Positions 35,147 to 46,539 of a DNA stretch of 64,000 nucleotides are shown here, piece after piece (the first letter of the stretch is position 1; the number at the start of each line of letters is the position of its first letter). The DNA comes from Vicinamibacterales bacterium. GTDB taxonomy: Bacteria; Acidobacteriota; Vicinamibacteria; Vicinamibacterales; JAMQPK01. The notes under the pieces were generated by a model that saw only the letters and a list, made by a program, of their open reading frames with translations, was not told where the DNA came from and did no database searches. The position numbers and the translations under genes are program-made. The DNA lies in contig CAWDIK010000008.1 in assembly GCA_963802345.1 (NCBI GenBank), positions 161,118-225,117 on the forward strand, in the 5' to 3' direction.

Positions 35147-36986
35147 ATGAGAGGACGTGCGGCGTTGATCGGTTCGCTGGCTTTAGTGTGGTCGCTGTCC
35201 GGGACAGCCCAGTCGCGCCAGCCGATCCCCCGCGAGTCGACTCGAGGACCAGGTCCTCGGGTGGATCAAGGTCTACGACTACCAACCCGCCACGGCGCCA
35301 ATCACGGTGGACACGCGCGTGTACTCGCCCGCGCAGCTCTCCATCGCGCGGCTCTTTGCCAACTGGATGCAGGCCAGCTATCTGCCCAAGGGCGCGCTGG
35401 GTGATGTCCTCCAGATCCGCAATGCCAAGCTGAGCCCCTACAACCAGAACACGGCCGCGCATCCCAACGCCTACGGGGCACTCGCCAAGCTCTACACGGA
35501 ACTGAAATACGGCGTGAACAAGAAGATCGAGCCCCTGACGAGCGACAGCTTCAACTGGGGCATCGAAGCCAACGGGTTTTACGGGGATCCCGTGGACGCC
35601 ATCAGCACGCCGGAGCGCGCCTACTTCACGCTGCCGACGTTCGAGCAGCAGGGATACGGGACGGAACTCGACAAGGCGGCCGACGTCTCAGGCCACCCGG
35701 TGCTGAGACAGTTTCCCACGCGCTTCGTGCGGGACAGCCGGACCGGGAACAAAAGACTCGTCGTGCTGACCAAGGACCGCCGGCATCCGTTCGTGACGGT
35801 CACCAAGGGCGAGTACCTGCAAGCCATGGAAGCGGCGGTGTTGCGGGAGTACGCTGACGAGACGCAGAAGATCGCCCGGGACAACAAGGGTAATCAGAGG
35901 AGCATCGACTACTTCACGGGGTACCTGAACACGAACCACGAGAAACGGCTGGCGGTTCTCAGAAGCAACAAAGAAAAGTACAAGGCCCGCCTGCAGGAGA
36001 CGGCCGAGATCTGGACGCAGGAACCTGGCGTGCTGCTCGAGAACTATCGCCGATGTGTTCGAAGGCAACGGCGGCACGTCGAAGCGGATGACCATCTACA
36101 CGATCGATCCCCGCGTGGTCGAACTCTGCAAGACCGACGCGCCTCAGTGGATCGTCATGTACTGGACGGCGCATTTGAACGACCCGGTCAGCCTGAGCCT
36201 GCACGAGGCGATCCTCAACAACGTCGACTTCCAGTACATCTACGACTACTTCTTCGATCCCGACAAGGTGAAGGGGCAGCCGTACACGCCCCTCCGATCC
36301 CCGTCGTTCACCGAGGCGGCCGTCGCCGGCAAGGCATCCGAGGCGGCGACGAAGAACGCGGCGGATCCCGCCGTGGTGTTCTTCGAGGATTTTTCTTCCT
36401 CGGCCGTCGGCAAGAAGCCCCTCAACTGGCAAAGCACCCTGGACAACACCGGGGCCTCCAGCGTCGTCACGGAGTTGAAGGGACTGGACGGTCACTGGGC
36501 GGCGATGGCCGGCATGCAGATCACGCCACGGGCATGAAGACGCCCCTGCCGCGTGACTTCGAGGTGAGCTACGACGTGGTCGCCGCGCAGAACTACCGGT
36601 GGGGCGCCAAGGGCCTGACCTTCAAGCTGTCCAAAACGGCGCGGACCAGACGTCGTTCCTCAGCGTGAAGATCCGTCCCGGTTTCGACGGCCGGGAAGGC
36701 GAGGTCAAATCGAGGGCCAGTTCCCGGGTGCGCAGGGCTACATGAGCGGGACGAAGTGGGTGGGAGCGCCGGGGTTCTCGAACAATGCCGTGAACAACCG
36801 CGTCACCGTGACGCTCAGGAAGAAGGGCGATCTGCTGCAGGTGTTCGTCGGCCAGACCAAAGTCGCCGAGTACGAGAAAGGCATCCCCCCCGGCCTCCAG
36901 TTCGACGCCATGTCGTTCGATCTGGCACAGGCAATTCGGCGGATGAGCGGATGTTCATCGGCAACATCAGGATTGCGAACAACTGA
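35147..36986 (+). CDS. Secreted hypothetical protein (multiple frameshifts)
   Basis: Signal peptide MRGRAALIGSLALVW; GC3-rich coding pattern across ORFs 35307.., 36055.., 36742.. and 36756..; C-terminal FFEDFS..MFIGNIRIA beta domain. Confidence 0.6.
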
Positions 36987-37000
36987 TCCTGGCGAAGCTC

Positions 37001-37093
37001 CATTGACGATTGAAGATTGAAGACTGAGAGAGTGTTGCCACAATCTTCAATCGAACAACATTCAATCAATTTTCGATCCACCAATCGTCAATG
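37001..37093. repeat. Inverted heptamer-type array (ATTGAMG)n with 12-bp perfect terminal inverted repeat
   Basis: cattgacgattg ... caatcgtcaatg between convergent genes. Confidence 0.8.
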
Positions 37094-37111
37094 AGAGCTC
37101 GAGTACACATG

Positions 37112-37730
37112 TCAGTGCGCGTGCTCGGACACCCGTGTGCTCAAACGCATCCATGGATGGATGCAGCACTGATACTTCTCTGCCTCGTCCGCTTCAACGT
37201 CCTCCTCAAACGTCTGACCGGGCGCGACAAATTTATCAGGACTCAGCGACTGACATTCAGATGCGACGTCCGGCACGTGTGCCAGATCGTTCAACATGGG
37301 GAACAATACCGCCGCCAAATTCCTCCACCTCGGTGAACGTGTGAGTCTCGCCGCCGCGATTTACGACAAGAAACGTCTGGCCTTCCCGGGCGTTGACGAC
37401 GTGTGGCGCGAAATGCCACGGACCCACAAAGCCGAGCCGCGTCAGTTGGGCAATGAAGGTGTCGTATTTCATTCCACCGCCGCCGACGCAGGCGCCAGGT
37501 CTGATCTCTCGGCGTTGAACGTGTCCGGGTCGCAGTTGTCGTTCATATTGACGATCACCTTGGTTCGCCCGGTTGCTCGGGCGATAGGACCGCCCGGCAC
37601 AACGGTTCTCGGAACGTCCTGAACGTCCGACGGTCCTAATACACTCGACGATCTGAAGGACGTATCCACTTGTGTCGCAGCCGGCAAGTCCCATCATCGC
37701 AACGAAGACGATAAGTGCTCTAACGTACAT
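37112..37730 (-). CDS. Cupredoxin-like lipoprotein (frameshifted)
   Basis: Lipobox LAGC; GGETHTFTEV and KYQCCIHPWM supply His/Cys/His/Met type-1 copper ligands. Confidence 0.7.
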
Positions 37731-37762
37731 AAAACGCGCCCTCCTTTGCTCCTGAAGCTGGG

Positions 37763-37778
37763 AGCAAGTATGCCGCCA
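37763..37778 (-). promoter_or_regulatory. Candidate sigma-54 promoter upstream of the cupredoxin gene
   Basis: Minus strand TGGCGGCATACTTGCT fits GG-N10-GC. Confidence 0.5.
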
Positions 37779-37878
37779 CGCTCCACACGACGATTTCAGT
37801 GTGCGTGGCGCGTGCGAGAGCCGCGCAGATTTACGTACGATTGGATGGTGTTACGTATCGTGTAAATGAAATTCGTCG

Positions 37879-39174
37879 TCACCTTATCTTTACCACCACG
37901 TTTTTTGCGTGACCGCCGTCTGCTGCCGTCAGCGGCCATCTGGAAGCATTCGCATCAAGGATCATCTTCGCAGTGCGACGGGGATGCCGGAAGTCGTCAC
38001 GGACGACGTCCCATCCGATTTGGTCCAGGTAGAAGACCAGGCCGATGCAGAGGACAGCCGTGCTGATCAGCAGCGCGGAATTGAAAGCGACGAGCGACGG
38101 AAAGAGGAACGGGAACGCCAGCCCGATCGCGGCCGCGACGTTGCGGATGCCGCGCTTGTCCGGGACGAGCAGGACGATCAGCAGGTGTCTGGCCGAATTC
38201 ATCTTGAGGCCGAGCAGCATCGCGAACGGCACCAGGCCCCACCCGATGCGATCCTCGGTATCGAAGTCGAGCCGCACCTCCACATACCAGAGGACGATCG
38301 CGAACGGCACCATGAAAACGAGCGACATCGCGGCCGAGGCCCAGTCGCCCTTGAGGTCGTTGCCGTAGCGGTAGATGTACAAGTAGTTGTCCCACACGAA
38401 ATAGGGCAGCACGAGCCCAGCGAGCAGTATCGCGACGAAGACGACAGCTGTCCGTCGCCTCATCGTCAGGACGTTCTTGACGTAGTAGAGCGGCGCGAGC
38501 TTCATGATGATGGCGACCGCCATGAGCGCGTGGCATGCCTCGCGCCTCGCGCGGGCCAGGAAGAGCGCGGCCATGATGACGACGAGCATGACGAGGTAGG
38601 TGTTGTCCTGCACGTACACGAAGCGATAGCTGAAGTAGGAGAAATTCAGGTACAGGACTGGAAAGAGGTACCAGCGCGTCTTCAGAAAGTAGTAGCCCGA
38701 CAGAGAGAGAAACACGAACGCGAGGCCGAGGATCACTCCATAGAAACCGATGCCGGACCATTCGCCGAATGCGTAAAGCCCGGCTTCCGCAAGCAATACC
38801 GCCGGCGGATACGGGGCGGATGCTTCCTTCGACCATGTAGCTGCTTCCAGCGGCGTCTGCGCCAGCCGTTCCTTCGTGAACATGTCGCTCGGGTCGTTCA
38901 GGATGACCTTGGCTCCGTACATGTCGGAGATCGAGTCGGTGCCGTAGGTCTCGCGTTGCTGGATGCCGCTGAGCAGCGGCACGCGGGAATAGTCGAAGTA
39001 CTGTCGAGGCACGTTGGGGATGGATACGCCCACCATGACGATGACCGTACAACCGACGACGAGGTACTTGACCCGATCGGGAACGGCCAGGAGGGCGGCA
39101 TCAATCGCCGCGGCGCGTTCAAACAGGGCGGCGCCAAAGGCGCGCCTCATCCTCATTCCCAGAGTCCGTCCCAA
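37879..39174 (-). CDS. Membrane GT-C/GT87-like glycosyltransferase
   Basis: PYPP motif, multiple TM helices, AIIMKLAP. Confidence 0.6.
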   Translation of the reverse strand: MGRTLGMRMRRAFGAALFERAAAIDAALLAVPDRVKYLVVGCTVIVMVGVSIPNVPRQYFDYSRVPLLSGIQQRETYGTDSISDMYGAKVILNDPSDMFTKERLAQTPLEAATWSKEASAPYPPAVLLAEAGLYAFGEWSGIGFYGVILGLAFVFLSLSGYYFLKTRWYLFPVLYLNFSYFSYRFVYVQDNTYLVMLVVIMAALFLARARREACHALMAVAIIMKLAPLYYVKNVLTMRRRTAVVFVAILLAGLVLPYFVWDNYLYIYRYGNDLKGDWASAAMSLVFMVPFAIVLWYVEVRLDFDTEDRIGWGLVPFAMLLGLKMNSARHLLIVLLVPDKRGIRNVAAAIGLAFPFLFPSLVAFNSALLISTAVLCIGLVFYLDQIGWDVVRDDFRHPRRTAKMILDANASRWPLTAADGGHAKNVVVKIR

Positions 39175-39301
39175 TTCTAACGCTCGAGGATGGGAACGGG
39201 ACGCGCAGTCTGCATGCGCGCGTCTAGCGCCCGCCGAGCTATTTGGTGCAGATGGCGGGTTGTTTCCGACCGCGCGCTCAGATGACGCATTTCACGCATG
39301 T

Positions 39302-39658
39302 TTACGTTTGGACGAGTCTCCAGGTCGCGCACCGGCCGCCACGGCCAGCCTCGATGTTCACGTTCGCTGCCTCGTCAGAATCGCGTTTCTGTTCCGCTGC
39401 AGCGATCAGCGTCATTTCGAGCACGCTCAGGTGCTCCGCGTAGGCATCCATCAATGCGGCTTGATACTTGATCTCAGCCTGACCGCGCTTCACCATGTTG
39501 AGCGCCCGTTTAATCCACGTCGTCCGCCACGCCGCCTCATCAGGCGTCCTGGTCGGCTGCGCGAGGCTTTGTTCGAGCCATTTCTGCTTCGCCTGGGCTC
39601 GCGCCTTCCACAGTTGTGTCTGGAGTTCGAGCAAGGGTGTTTGGACCGGAGAAGTCAT
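39302..39658 (-). CDS. Hypothetical helical protein
   Basis: RBS GGAGG; amphipathic helical sequence. Confidence 0.55.
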   Translation of the reverse strand: MTSPVQTPLLELQTQLWKARAQAKQKWLEQSLAQPTRTPDEAAWRTTWIKRALNMVKRGQAEIKYQAALMDAYAEHLSVLEMTLIAAAEQKRDSDEAANVNIEAGRGGRCATWRLVQT

Positions 39659-39829
39659 CGTGGAACCTCCGTTTCGATTCCGTTCTTTTTCCAAGTGCGC
39701 CTCTTCTTGCTGAGCCGGGATATCGGAGACAATCGCTCGTTCACACGCGTAGCGCCAGAACTCTGAGCCACACACCGAGAGCGCGCAGTTCAGAATCCAG
39801 GCGCTACCGTTGCTTCGAAGTCAATCTGT

Positions 39830-40399
39830 TTACGCCGACGCGCGGAGCCTCGCTCCGACGGTTGCCCGCTTGAGTAGACGGATTCGGCGCCGTGCGCGGA
39901 CGGCTGCGACTGCGAGCGCGCGGGCCTTCTTGCGTGCACGGAGAGCGGCGACCTCCACTAATCGTGTGCGACGTCGTGCCCGGTGCGCAAGGAGAGCGAG
40001 CAGACGGGCGCGCCGTCGACGCCGGGACACTGCGAGAGCGAGCAAGCGCGCACGGCGTCGCGCGCGAAGCGCCGCGACGGCGATCGCGCGAGCGCGGCGT
40101 TTGGCGCGGAGGCCTTGGGCCAGACGCAGGCCTGGGATTCGCTGGCGGACGGATTGAGGGCCTTCTTCTCCCTCTTCCTCTTCTTCGTCCTCCTCTTCGA
40201 GCCCCATCAACTCGACCGGCTCTTCTTCTTCCTCAGAGTCGAAATCGAACGGCTCTTCCTCTTCGTCCTCCTCGTCCCCCAAGCCCATCAGCTCTGTCGG
40301 CTCCTCTTCTTCGTCCTCGGAGCCTGCCATTTCCATCGGATCGTTCTCTTCGTCGAGTCCCATAAGTTCGCTCGGATCCTCTTCCAATAGACTCTTCAT
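39830..40399 (-). CDS. Charge-segregated hypothetical protein (acidic N-half, six 14-aa Arg-rich repeats)
   Basis: RBS GGAGG upstream of ATG; intact ORF with clear internal repeats. Confidence 0.7.
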   Translation of the reverse strand: MKSLLEEDPSELMGLDEENDPMEMAGSEDEEEEPTELMGLGDEEDEEEEPFDFDSEEEEEPVELMGLEEEDEEEEEGEEGPQSVRQRIPGLRLAQGLRAKRRARAIAVAALRARRRARLLALAVSRRRRRARLLALLAHRARRRTRLVEVAALRARKKARALAVAAVRARRRIRLLKRATVGARLRASA

Positions 40400-40652
40400 A
40401 CGTACCTCCATTCAGCCCAGCCTCGTCACAACGGTTGGTCAGCAGTGTGACGTCCTCGCACAGCGAGAGATGTGAAGTTCGACCGCAAAGCATGTACCGT
40501 GAGGGGAAGCAGAAATTGCTGGCTTCATCGATGACTTTACGGCGTCTGACACATGTTTGCCCCGGAATCATCGGGCATGCCTCCGGGCGGGCAGAGTGAA
40601 GCCTGCTTTTTCGGCGTCTCAGGGAACCGCGGGAAAGCTTGTGGCGGTGGGC

Positions 40653-41054
40653 CTACAGCTTCCAGCCGTCGTGCATGGCGACGGCGCTGTGCGTCTCCCA
40701 GCGCTCGGCTTCGAGCTGCCGCTCGAGACTGCTGAGACGCGACTGAAAGCTCGGCGCATCGGGAAAGCGTTCAATCTGTTCTTTTCCGTCGAGCGAACGG
40801 ATGATCAGCAGATATTCCTTGTTGGCGGCATCGAACCGCGTTTCCACGTGCAGCGTCTGGTTGTTCCGCTCATAAATCCACAACATAGGAATCGTTACCC
40901 TGAGAATTCTTTGAATATTCGCGTCGCTGTTGATGCGCACGTGGGCGGTGTTGACGAGCTTCGAGTGGCCGTCCTCCCAGTAGTTCGCCACCACTCTCAA
41001 CCCGTCGGGAGACAGAGACACGCGATCCCGGCCGCGCGCCTGTTGAAACATCAC
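40653..41054 (-). CDS. Hypothetical protein (start may be at 40886)
   Basis: MLWIYERNNQTLHVETRFD..EQIERF..RQLEAERW; globular-looking. Confidence 0.55.
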   Translation of the reverse strand: MMFQQARGRDRVSLSPDGLRVVANYWEDGHSKLVNTAHVRINSDANIQRILRVTIPMLWIYERNNQTLHVETRFDAANKEYLLIIRSLDGKEQIERFPDAPSFQSRLSSLERQLEAERWETHSAVAMHDGWKL

Positions 41055-41096
41055 GGTGCAAAACGGCGGCCGCTGAGCTAATGAGGCGGTGCGCTA

Positions 41097-42086
41097 TCAG
41101 CGGAACACCGTCGCCATCGACCGCGGAGGATAGCGCTCGCCGGCGGCGACGCCGGGCGGCGCGATCGCATCCAGCATGGCAACATCCTCCACACTGAGCG
41201 AGACGTCGGCAGCACCGACGTTTTCTTCCACACGCGACCGGCGCTTCGATCCCGGTATGGGAACGATGTCCTCACCTTTGGCCAACAGCCAGGCCAGAGC
41301 AAGCTGTGCTGGTGTGCAGTGCTTCTCGGCGGCAAGCTCCTCGAGTTTCCGGACCAGCGCCATGTTGCTCTCGAAGTTCCCCGCCTGGAAGCGCGGATAC
41401 GTGCGGCGGACGTCATCTTCAGGCACGTCGGCCATCGCCTTGAAGCGGCCCGTCAGAAATCCACGGCCCAGCGGACTGAAGGGAACGAAGCCGATGCCGA
41501 GCTCGCGGCAGGTGGAGAGCACGCCGTTGTTCTCGACGTCACGCGTCCAGAGCGAGTACTCGCTCTGAAGCGCCGCGATGGGATGGATCGCGGCTGCTCG
41601 CCGAAGCGTGGCCGGTGCCGCTTCGGACATCCCCAGGTACCGCACTTTCCCCGCGCGCACCAGCTCTGCCATCGCGCCGATCGTTTCCTCTATGGGCACG
41701 TTCAGGTCGACACGATGCTGGTAGTACAGATCGATGACGTCGACACCGAGCCGCTTCAGCGACGCGTCGCAACTCTGGCGCACGTACTCCGGCGAGCCGT
41801 TCACTCCCACGTGCGCGCCGGCGGCATCGCGCACGTTCCCGAATTTCGTCGCCAGCACGACCGAGGCCCGACGATCGCGGATGGCCTTCCCCACCAGAAT
41901 TTCGTTGGTGTGCGGACCGTACATGTCGGCGGTATCCAGGAACGTGACGCCCAGGTCCAGCGCCCGATGAATCGTCCTGATCGACTCCTCATCGTCGCGC
42001 CCCGCGTAGAACTCGGACATGCCCATGCATCCAAGGCCGATTGCCGAAACACGAGGGCCGGTCCTGCCGAGCTGTCGATATCTCAT
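41097..42086 (-). CDS. Aldo/keto reductase
   Basis: [39 protein letters not shown]. Confidence 0.95.
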   Translation of the reverse strand: MRYRQLGRTGPRVSAIGLGCMGMSEFYAGRDDEESIRTIHRALDLGVTFLDTADMYGPHTNEILVGKAIRDRRASVVLATKFGNVRDAAGAHVGVNGSPEYVRQSCDASLKRLGVDVIDLYYQHRVDLNVPIEETIGAMAELVRAGKVRYLGMSEAAPATLRRAAAIHPIAALQSEYSLWTRDVENNGVLSTCRELGIGFVPFSPLGRGFLTGRFKAMADVPEDDVRRTYPRFQAGNFESNMALVRKLEELAAEKHCTPAQLALAWLLAKGEDIVPIPGSKRRSRVEENVGAADVSLSVEDVAMLDAIAPPGVAAGERYPPRSMATVFR

Positions 42087-42146
42087 GTGGCTTTTCCTGT
42101 TCTTTCAGGTCTGCATCCCCGACGCAACGCTCTATACTGCCGCACT

Positions 42147-44010
42147 ATGAAGAAGACACTTTTCGCCGTCGCGATTCTGGTCGCCCTGGCACCCGTTGCC
42201 CGCGCCGAAGTCGTCCGCGTCGAGATCGCCAGGCGCGCCGATGTCGGCACGTCGGGCTACGAGAAGCTCGTCGGCACCATCTATTTTGCCGTCGATCCAG
42301 CGCACCCGCGCAACTCCGTCGTCGTCGATCTCGACAAGGCGAAGAAAGACGGCCAGGGCCGCGTCGAGTTCTCCGCAGACCTCTACATTCTGCAGCCGAA
42401 GGACCCCTCACGGCGCAATGGCGTCGCGCTGGTCGAAGTATCGAACCGCGGCGGCAAGGGACTCCTGTCTGGATTCGCGCGAGCGTCAGCCAGCCGCGAT
42501 CCGGCGACCAACAATCATCTGGGTGATGGCTTTCTGACCGCACAGGGATACACGCTGGTGTGGGTGGGCTGGCAGTTTGACGTGGCCGGAGAGGACGCCA
42601 TCAAACTTCACGCGCCTGTCGCGGCCGGCACGAGCGGCGTCGTTCGCGCGGACTTCACGCCGAACGAGCGGCAGACGGAGGCGGTCTTCGTCGATCTTTC
42701 AGGCTACACGCCGGCGGACGTGGCCGCCGCCGACACCATGTTAACTGTGCGCGACGGCGCATACGGCAAGGCGGACGGTGTTGCCGCGCGCCCAGTGGCA
42801 ACTGCGTGGCAACACTGTGACCGTCGCAGCGGGACTCGAGCCCGGCAGGACATATCAGCTGTCGTACCGTGTGCGCGATCTGCCGGTGGCGGGAACCGGT
42901 CTCGTGGCGTTCCGCGACACCGCTTCCTGGTTGAAGCACCAACCCGACGCCGCTGCTCGCGTGCGTTACGCGTACGCGTTCGGCTCATCGCAGTCGGGGC
43001 GGTTCCTGCGGACGTTCCTCTACTACGGATTCAACAACGACGAGAAGAACAGGCTGGTGTACGACGGGGTCATGGCGCACATCGCCGGAGCGGGCCGCAT
43101 CTCGATCAACGAGCGCGGCGCGAACCCCAACGCCGCGTCGGCGTCCAACGTGACGAACTTTCCGTTCACCAATGTATCGTCACGCGATCCCAACAGCGGC
43201 CGATCCGAAGGCCTGCTGGACAACGATCGCGCAAGGCAGAACCAGCCGAAGATCTTCTTCACCAACAGCGGGGTCGAGTATTGGAACACGCGCGCCGCGG
43301 CGCTCACTCACACGACGCCCGATGGCCGAACCGACGTGGCGCCGCCCGACAACACGCGAATTTACTTCCTCACCGGAACACAGCATTCGCCTGGACAATT
43401 CCCGCCGAGACGAACGACCGGCCAGCAACTCGACAACCCCGTGCAGTACTGGTGGACGCTTCGTGCACTGCTCACCGCGATGGATCGCTGGGTGCGGGAA
43501 GGCACGCCGCCTCCAGCGAGCCAATATCCAAAGTTGAGCGACGGCACGCTCGTCGGCCGCGAAACAGTCGCGTTCCCGGCAATTCCTGGCGTTCAGTCGC
43601 CCCGGATTCTTCAGCCCGCACAGCAAGGTTCTACTCCCCTTCCGTTCCTGGTGCCACAGGTCGATGAAGACGGGAACGAGCGAGCCGGTGTCAGGTCGGT
43701 CGAGCAGGCTGTTCCGGTCGCAACGTACACCGGTTGGAACTTCCGAAGCCCCGCCGTCGGCGCGCCGAAGGAGCTGGTATCGCTGATGGGATCGTCGATT
43801 CCGTTCGCGGCAACGGACGAGGCTAAGAGCCCGGGCGATCCGCGGCGCTCGGTGGCCTCGCGCTACGCGTCGAAGGAACAGTATTTGATGCGAGCACAAG
43901 AGCACGCCGACACGCTCGTCAAAGGCGGGTACCTGCTGGCCGCCGACGTGCCGCAGGTCATCAAGCGCATGGAAGAGTTGTGGGACCTGGCGCGCGGAAG
44001 AGAGAACTGA
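42147..44010 (+). CDS. Secreted alpha/beta-hydrolase domain protein (frameshift near 42780)
   Basis: Signal peptide, VSNRGGK, VWVGWQFD, nucleophile elbow GSSQSG, EYW, GTQH, DEDGNE. Confidence 0.8.
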
Positions 44011-44115
44011 GTGCTGTGAGCAGACGCGCCACGGCGCGCAAATCCGTCCCAGTCTGGATCCAAGCCTGAAGCCCGACCTGCCGATAAATGATCGCAGAAG
44101 AAAGGAGCTCTCGAG

Positions 44116-45253
44116 GTGTCCTTATCGGAGCAGTGTCGACTCAACTCGTTGGTGCTGGCTCTGGCGTGTGCAGCCGTGTGCGATGCCCAGGCGCAGACGC
44201 CGGCGCCGCAGACCGTCCAGCTGCGCGTCATCGAGGTGAACGAGCCGGACGGTCAGATTCTCAGCTACCGCCACCTCGCCGGATCGACCGACATCCGCAT
44301 GCGAGGCACGCGCCTGGCGCCAAAAGCCGAGATCAAGCTCAAGATCGGCAGCCGTCCCGGTTTTGTCGAGCTGGACATCAACCGCGGAGGCATCACAGGG
44401 TTGGAACCGGCGCATCGCCTGGGCAAGGACTTCCTCACCTATGTGCTCTGGGCCGTGTCGGTCGATGGCAAGGCGTCGAATCTCGGCGAGATCACGTTCG
44501 ACGGTGACCGACCGGTTCCGGTCAACCTGACCACTCCATATCAGACGTTCTGGCTCATGGTCACTGCCGAGCCGAATTACGCCGTGGTCGACCCCAGCGC
44601 ACAGGTAGTGCTGTATAGCGTCAAGCAGGCCTCGTCCGGCGAGAATGACGCGCTGCCCATCGAGGGCGATCTGTTCTTCTTCACCCACTACGCCGCGTAC
44701 GAGACGACGCCAGGCGGCGCCCTCGACGCGATTCCCAACCAGCTTCTTCAGGCTCGCAAGGCCGTAGAGCTCGCGTCCAAATCCGGCTTGCTCGCGGCCG
44801 AGGCGGCTGGAAAGCGGCTCGAGCAAGGAAGAGGCGTACACGCACGAAGCGCTCAAGCAGGCCGAGACGTTTCTCGCCCGCTCCGAAGCCGCCTTCAAGA
44901 AGAATCCGAAAGATCAGGCCGTCGTTCAGTTCGCGCGCACCTCGGCACAGAGCGCCGAAAACGCCCGCGCTCTCGCAATGGGCGCGGTCGGCGGCCTTGT
45001 CGTGCGGCGGCTGGAGCACGAGCTGGCGCAGGCGCGCCACGAACTGGCCGGTTCAGACCCAAAACAACGCACATCGACGCCGGCCTGCCGGACGCTGACT
45101 CCCGTGAACGTCGTCGTGCCCGTGCGGAACGTTGCGCCTGTCGTCGTCACTCAGTTCGTTGCTCCGCCCCTGGTCAAACAGCCGGCGCTGTGGTTTGCCG
45201 TCACAGGGTGGGCGGTCGCCATCGTGCTGCTTTTTCGCCGGCGGTCGATCTAG
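44116..45253 (+). CDS. Secreted, C-terminally membrane-anchored hypothetical protein (frameshift near 44820)
   Basis: Signal peptide; LTYVLWAV..NLGE..LMVTAEP domain; helical middle; C-terminal TM LWFAVTGWAVAIVLLF followed by RRR. Confidence 0.6.
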
Positions 45254-45277
45254 CCGCGCGCGCAGCGCGCGAACGAC

Positions 45278-46529
45278 ATGGGACGCCGGCTCGCGACACT
45301 CCGATTTCTTGCCAGCCTGCTGGCGCCCGGTGGTGTGCTGGTGCTCGCGGCCTGGGCGGTCCAGCGGGAAGACGTAATTCGAAGCGCCGCGGCGCCGTAC
45401 GCGGCCTATTTTTGTTTTGGCGCACTCGCGGCCAGCGTGCTGTTGAGCTGGTACTACGACCAATCGCGATTGCTCTGCAGCGCCGTCGGCGGTTGTCTTG
45501 ACCGTTCTCGCGCTCGAGTCGCTGGGCACGGATTCCCGCTGGTGCAGCTCGCAGCCCTCACCCTGCTGCCCTTGAACTTCGTCCTCGTCGCCATCGTGAA
45601 AGAGCGCGGAGTGATGACCCTCGATGGCCTTCTGAAGGTCGCGATTGTCGCCGCACAAGCCATCGGCGTGCTCTGGCTCGTCGAGGACAATGCCCCGAAC
45701 AGCGGAGTGTCGCTCGGCTCGAGCATTGGGTATCGCGCAGGATTCGGCTTGCCGTGGATCGCGCAGCTCTCATTTGCGATCGGCATCCTCACGCTTGCGA
45801 CGCTCGTCTTCCGCCGGCGCACAAAGGTGGAGCAAGGACTGCTGTGGGCGCTGACGGCGATGTGTCTCGCCGTGAGCCAACTGACGCGGCGGCGTCTGGC
45901 CGGGCTTCGGACGCGATCTTCTTTACGCGGGCTCGGCAGCCCTCATCCTGGTCTTCGCCGTTCTCGAACACGGGTACGACATCGCCTACCGCGACGAGCT
46001 CACCGGACTTCCCGGCCGCAGAGCATTCAACAACGTGATGGAGCAGTTGGGAGGCACCTACGCCATCGCGATGTGCGATGTGGACCATTTCAAGAAGTTC
46101 AACGACACCTATGGCCATGACGCAGGCGACCAGGTGCTCAGGATGGTGGCGGCAAAGCTATCGCAGGTCGGCGGCGGCGGCCGCACGTTCCGTTACGGGG
46201 GCGAGGAATTCCTCGTGGTGTTTCGAGGCCGCTCAGCGCGCGAAGCGGAGCCGTTCGTGGAATCGCTGCGCCGTTCCATCGCCGATGCCGGGTTCGTGTT
46301 GCGCAGTCCCGATCGCCCCGCACGAAAGCCGAAATCCACGAACGGCGTCCCGCAGACGAAAGCGCCGAAGATCACCATCACCATCAGCATCGGCCTGGCG
46401 GAGCGATCGAAGCGGCATTCCACGCCGGAGCTGGTCCTGGACGCGGCGGATGCGGCGTTGTATCGCGCCAAGGAAGCCGGGCGGAACTGTGCGAGGCTCG
46501 ATGACAGCACTTTGATATCCGCCCGCTAG
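45278..46529 (+). CDS. Membrane-bound diguanylate cyclase (GGDEF), frameshift near 45900
   Basis: N-terminal TM helices; DELTGL, DVDHFKKFNDTYGH..GD, RYGGEEF, ADAALYRAK..GRN. Confidence 0.9.
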
Positions 46530-46539
46530 CGCAGGAAGG

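Noticed and set aside
37909-39180. Long antisense or alternative-frame ORFs (also 1414..2739, 17540..18553, 33610..34908, 57800..59482)
   Set aside because: Shadow ORFs typical of high-GC DNA, overlapping well-supported genes and lacking motifs.
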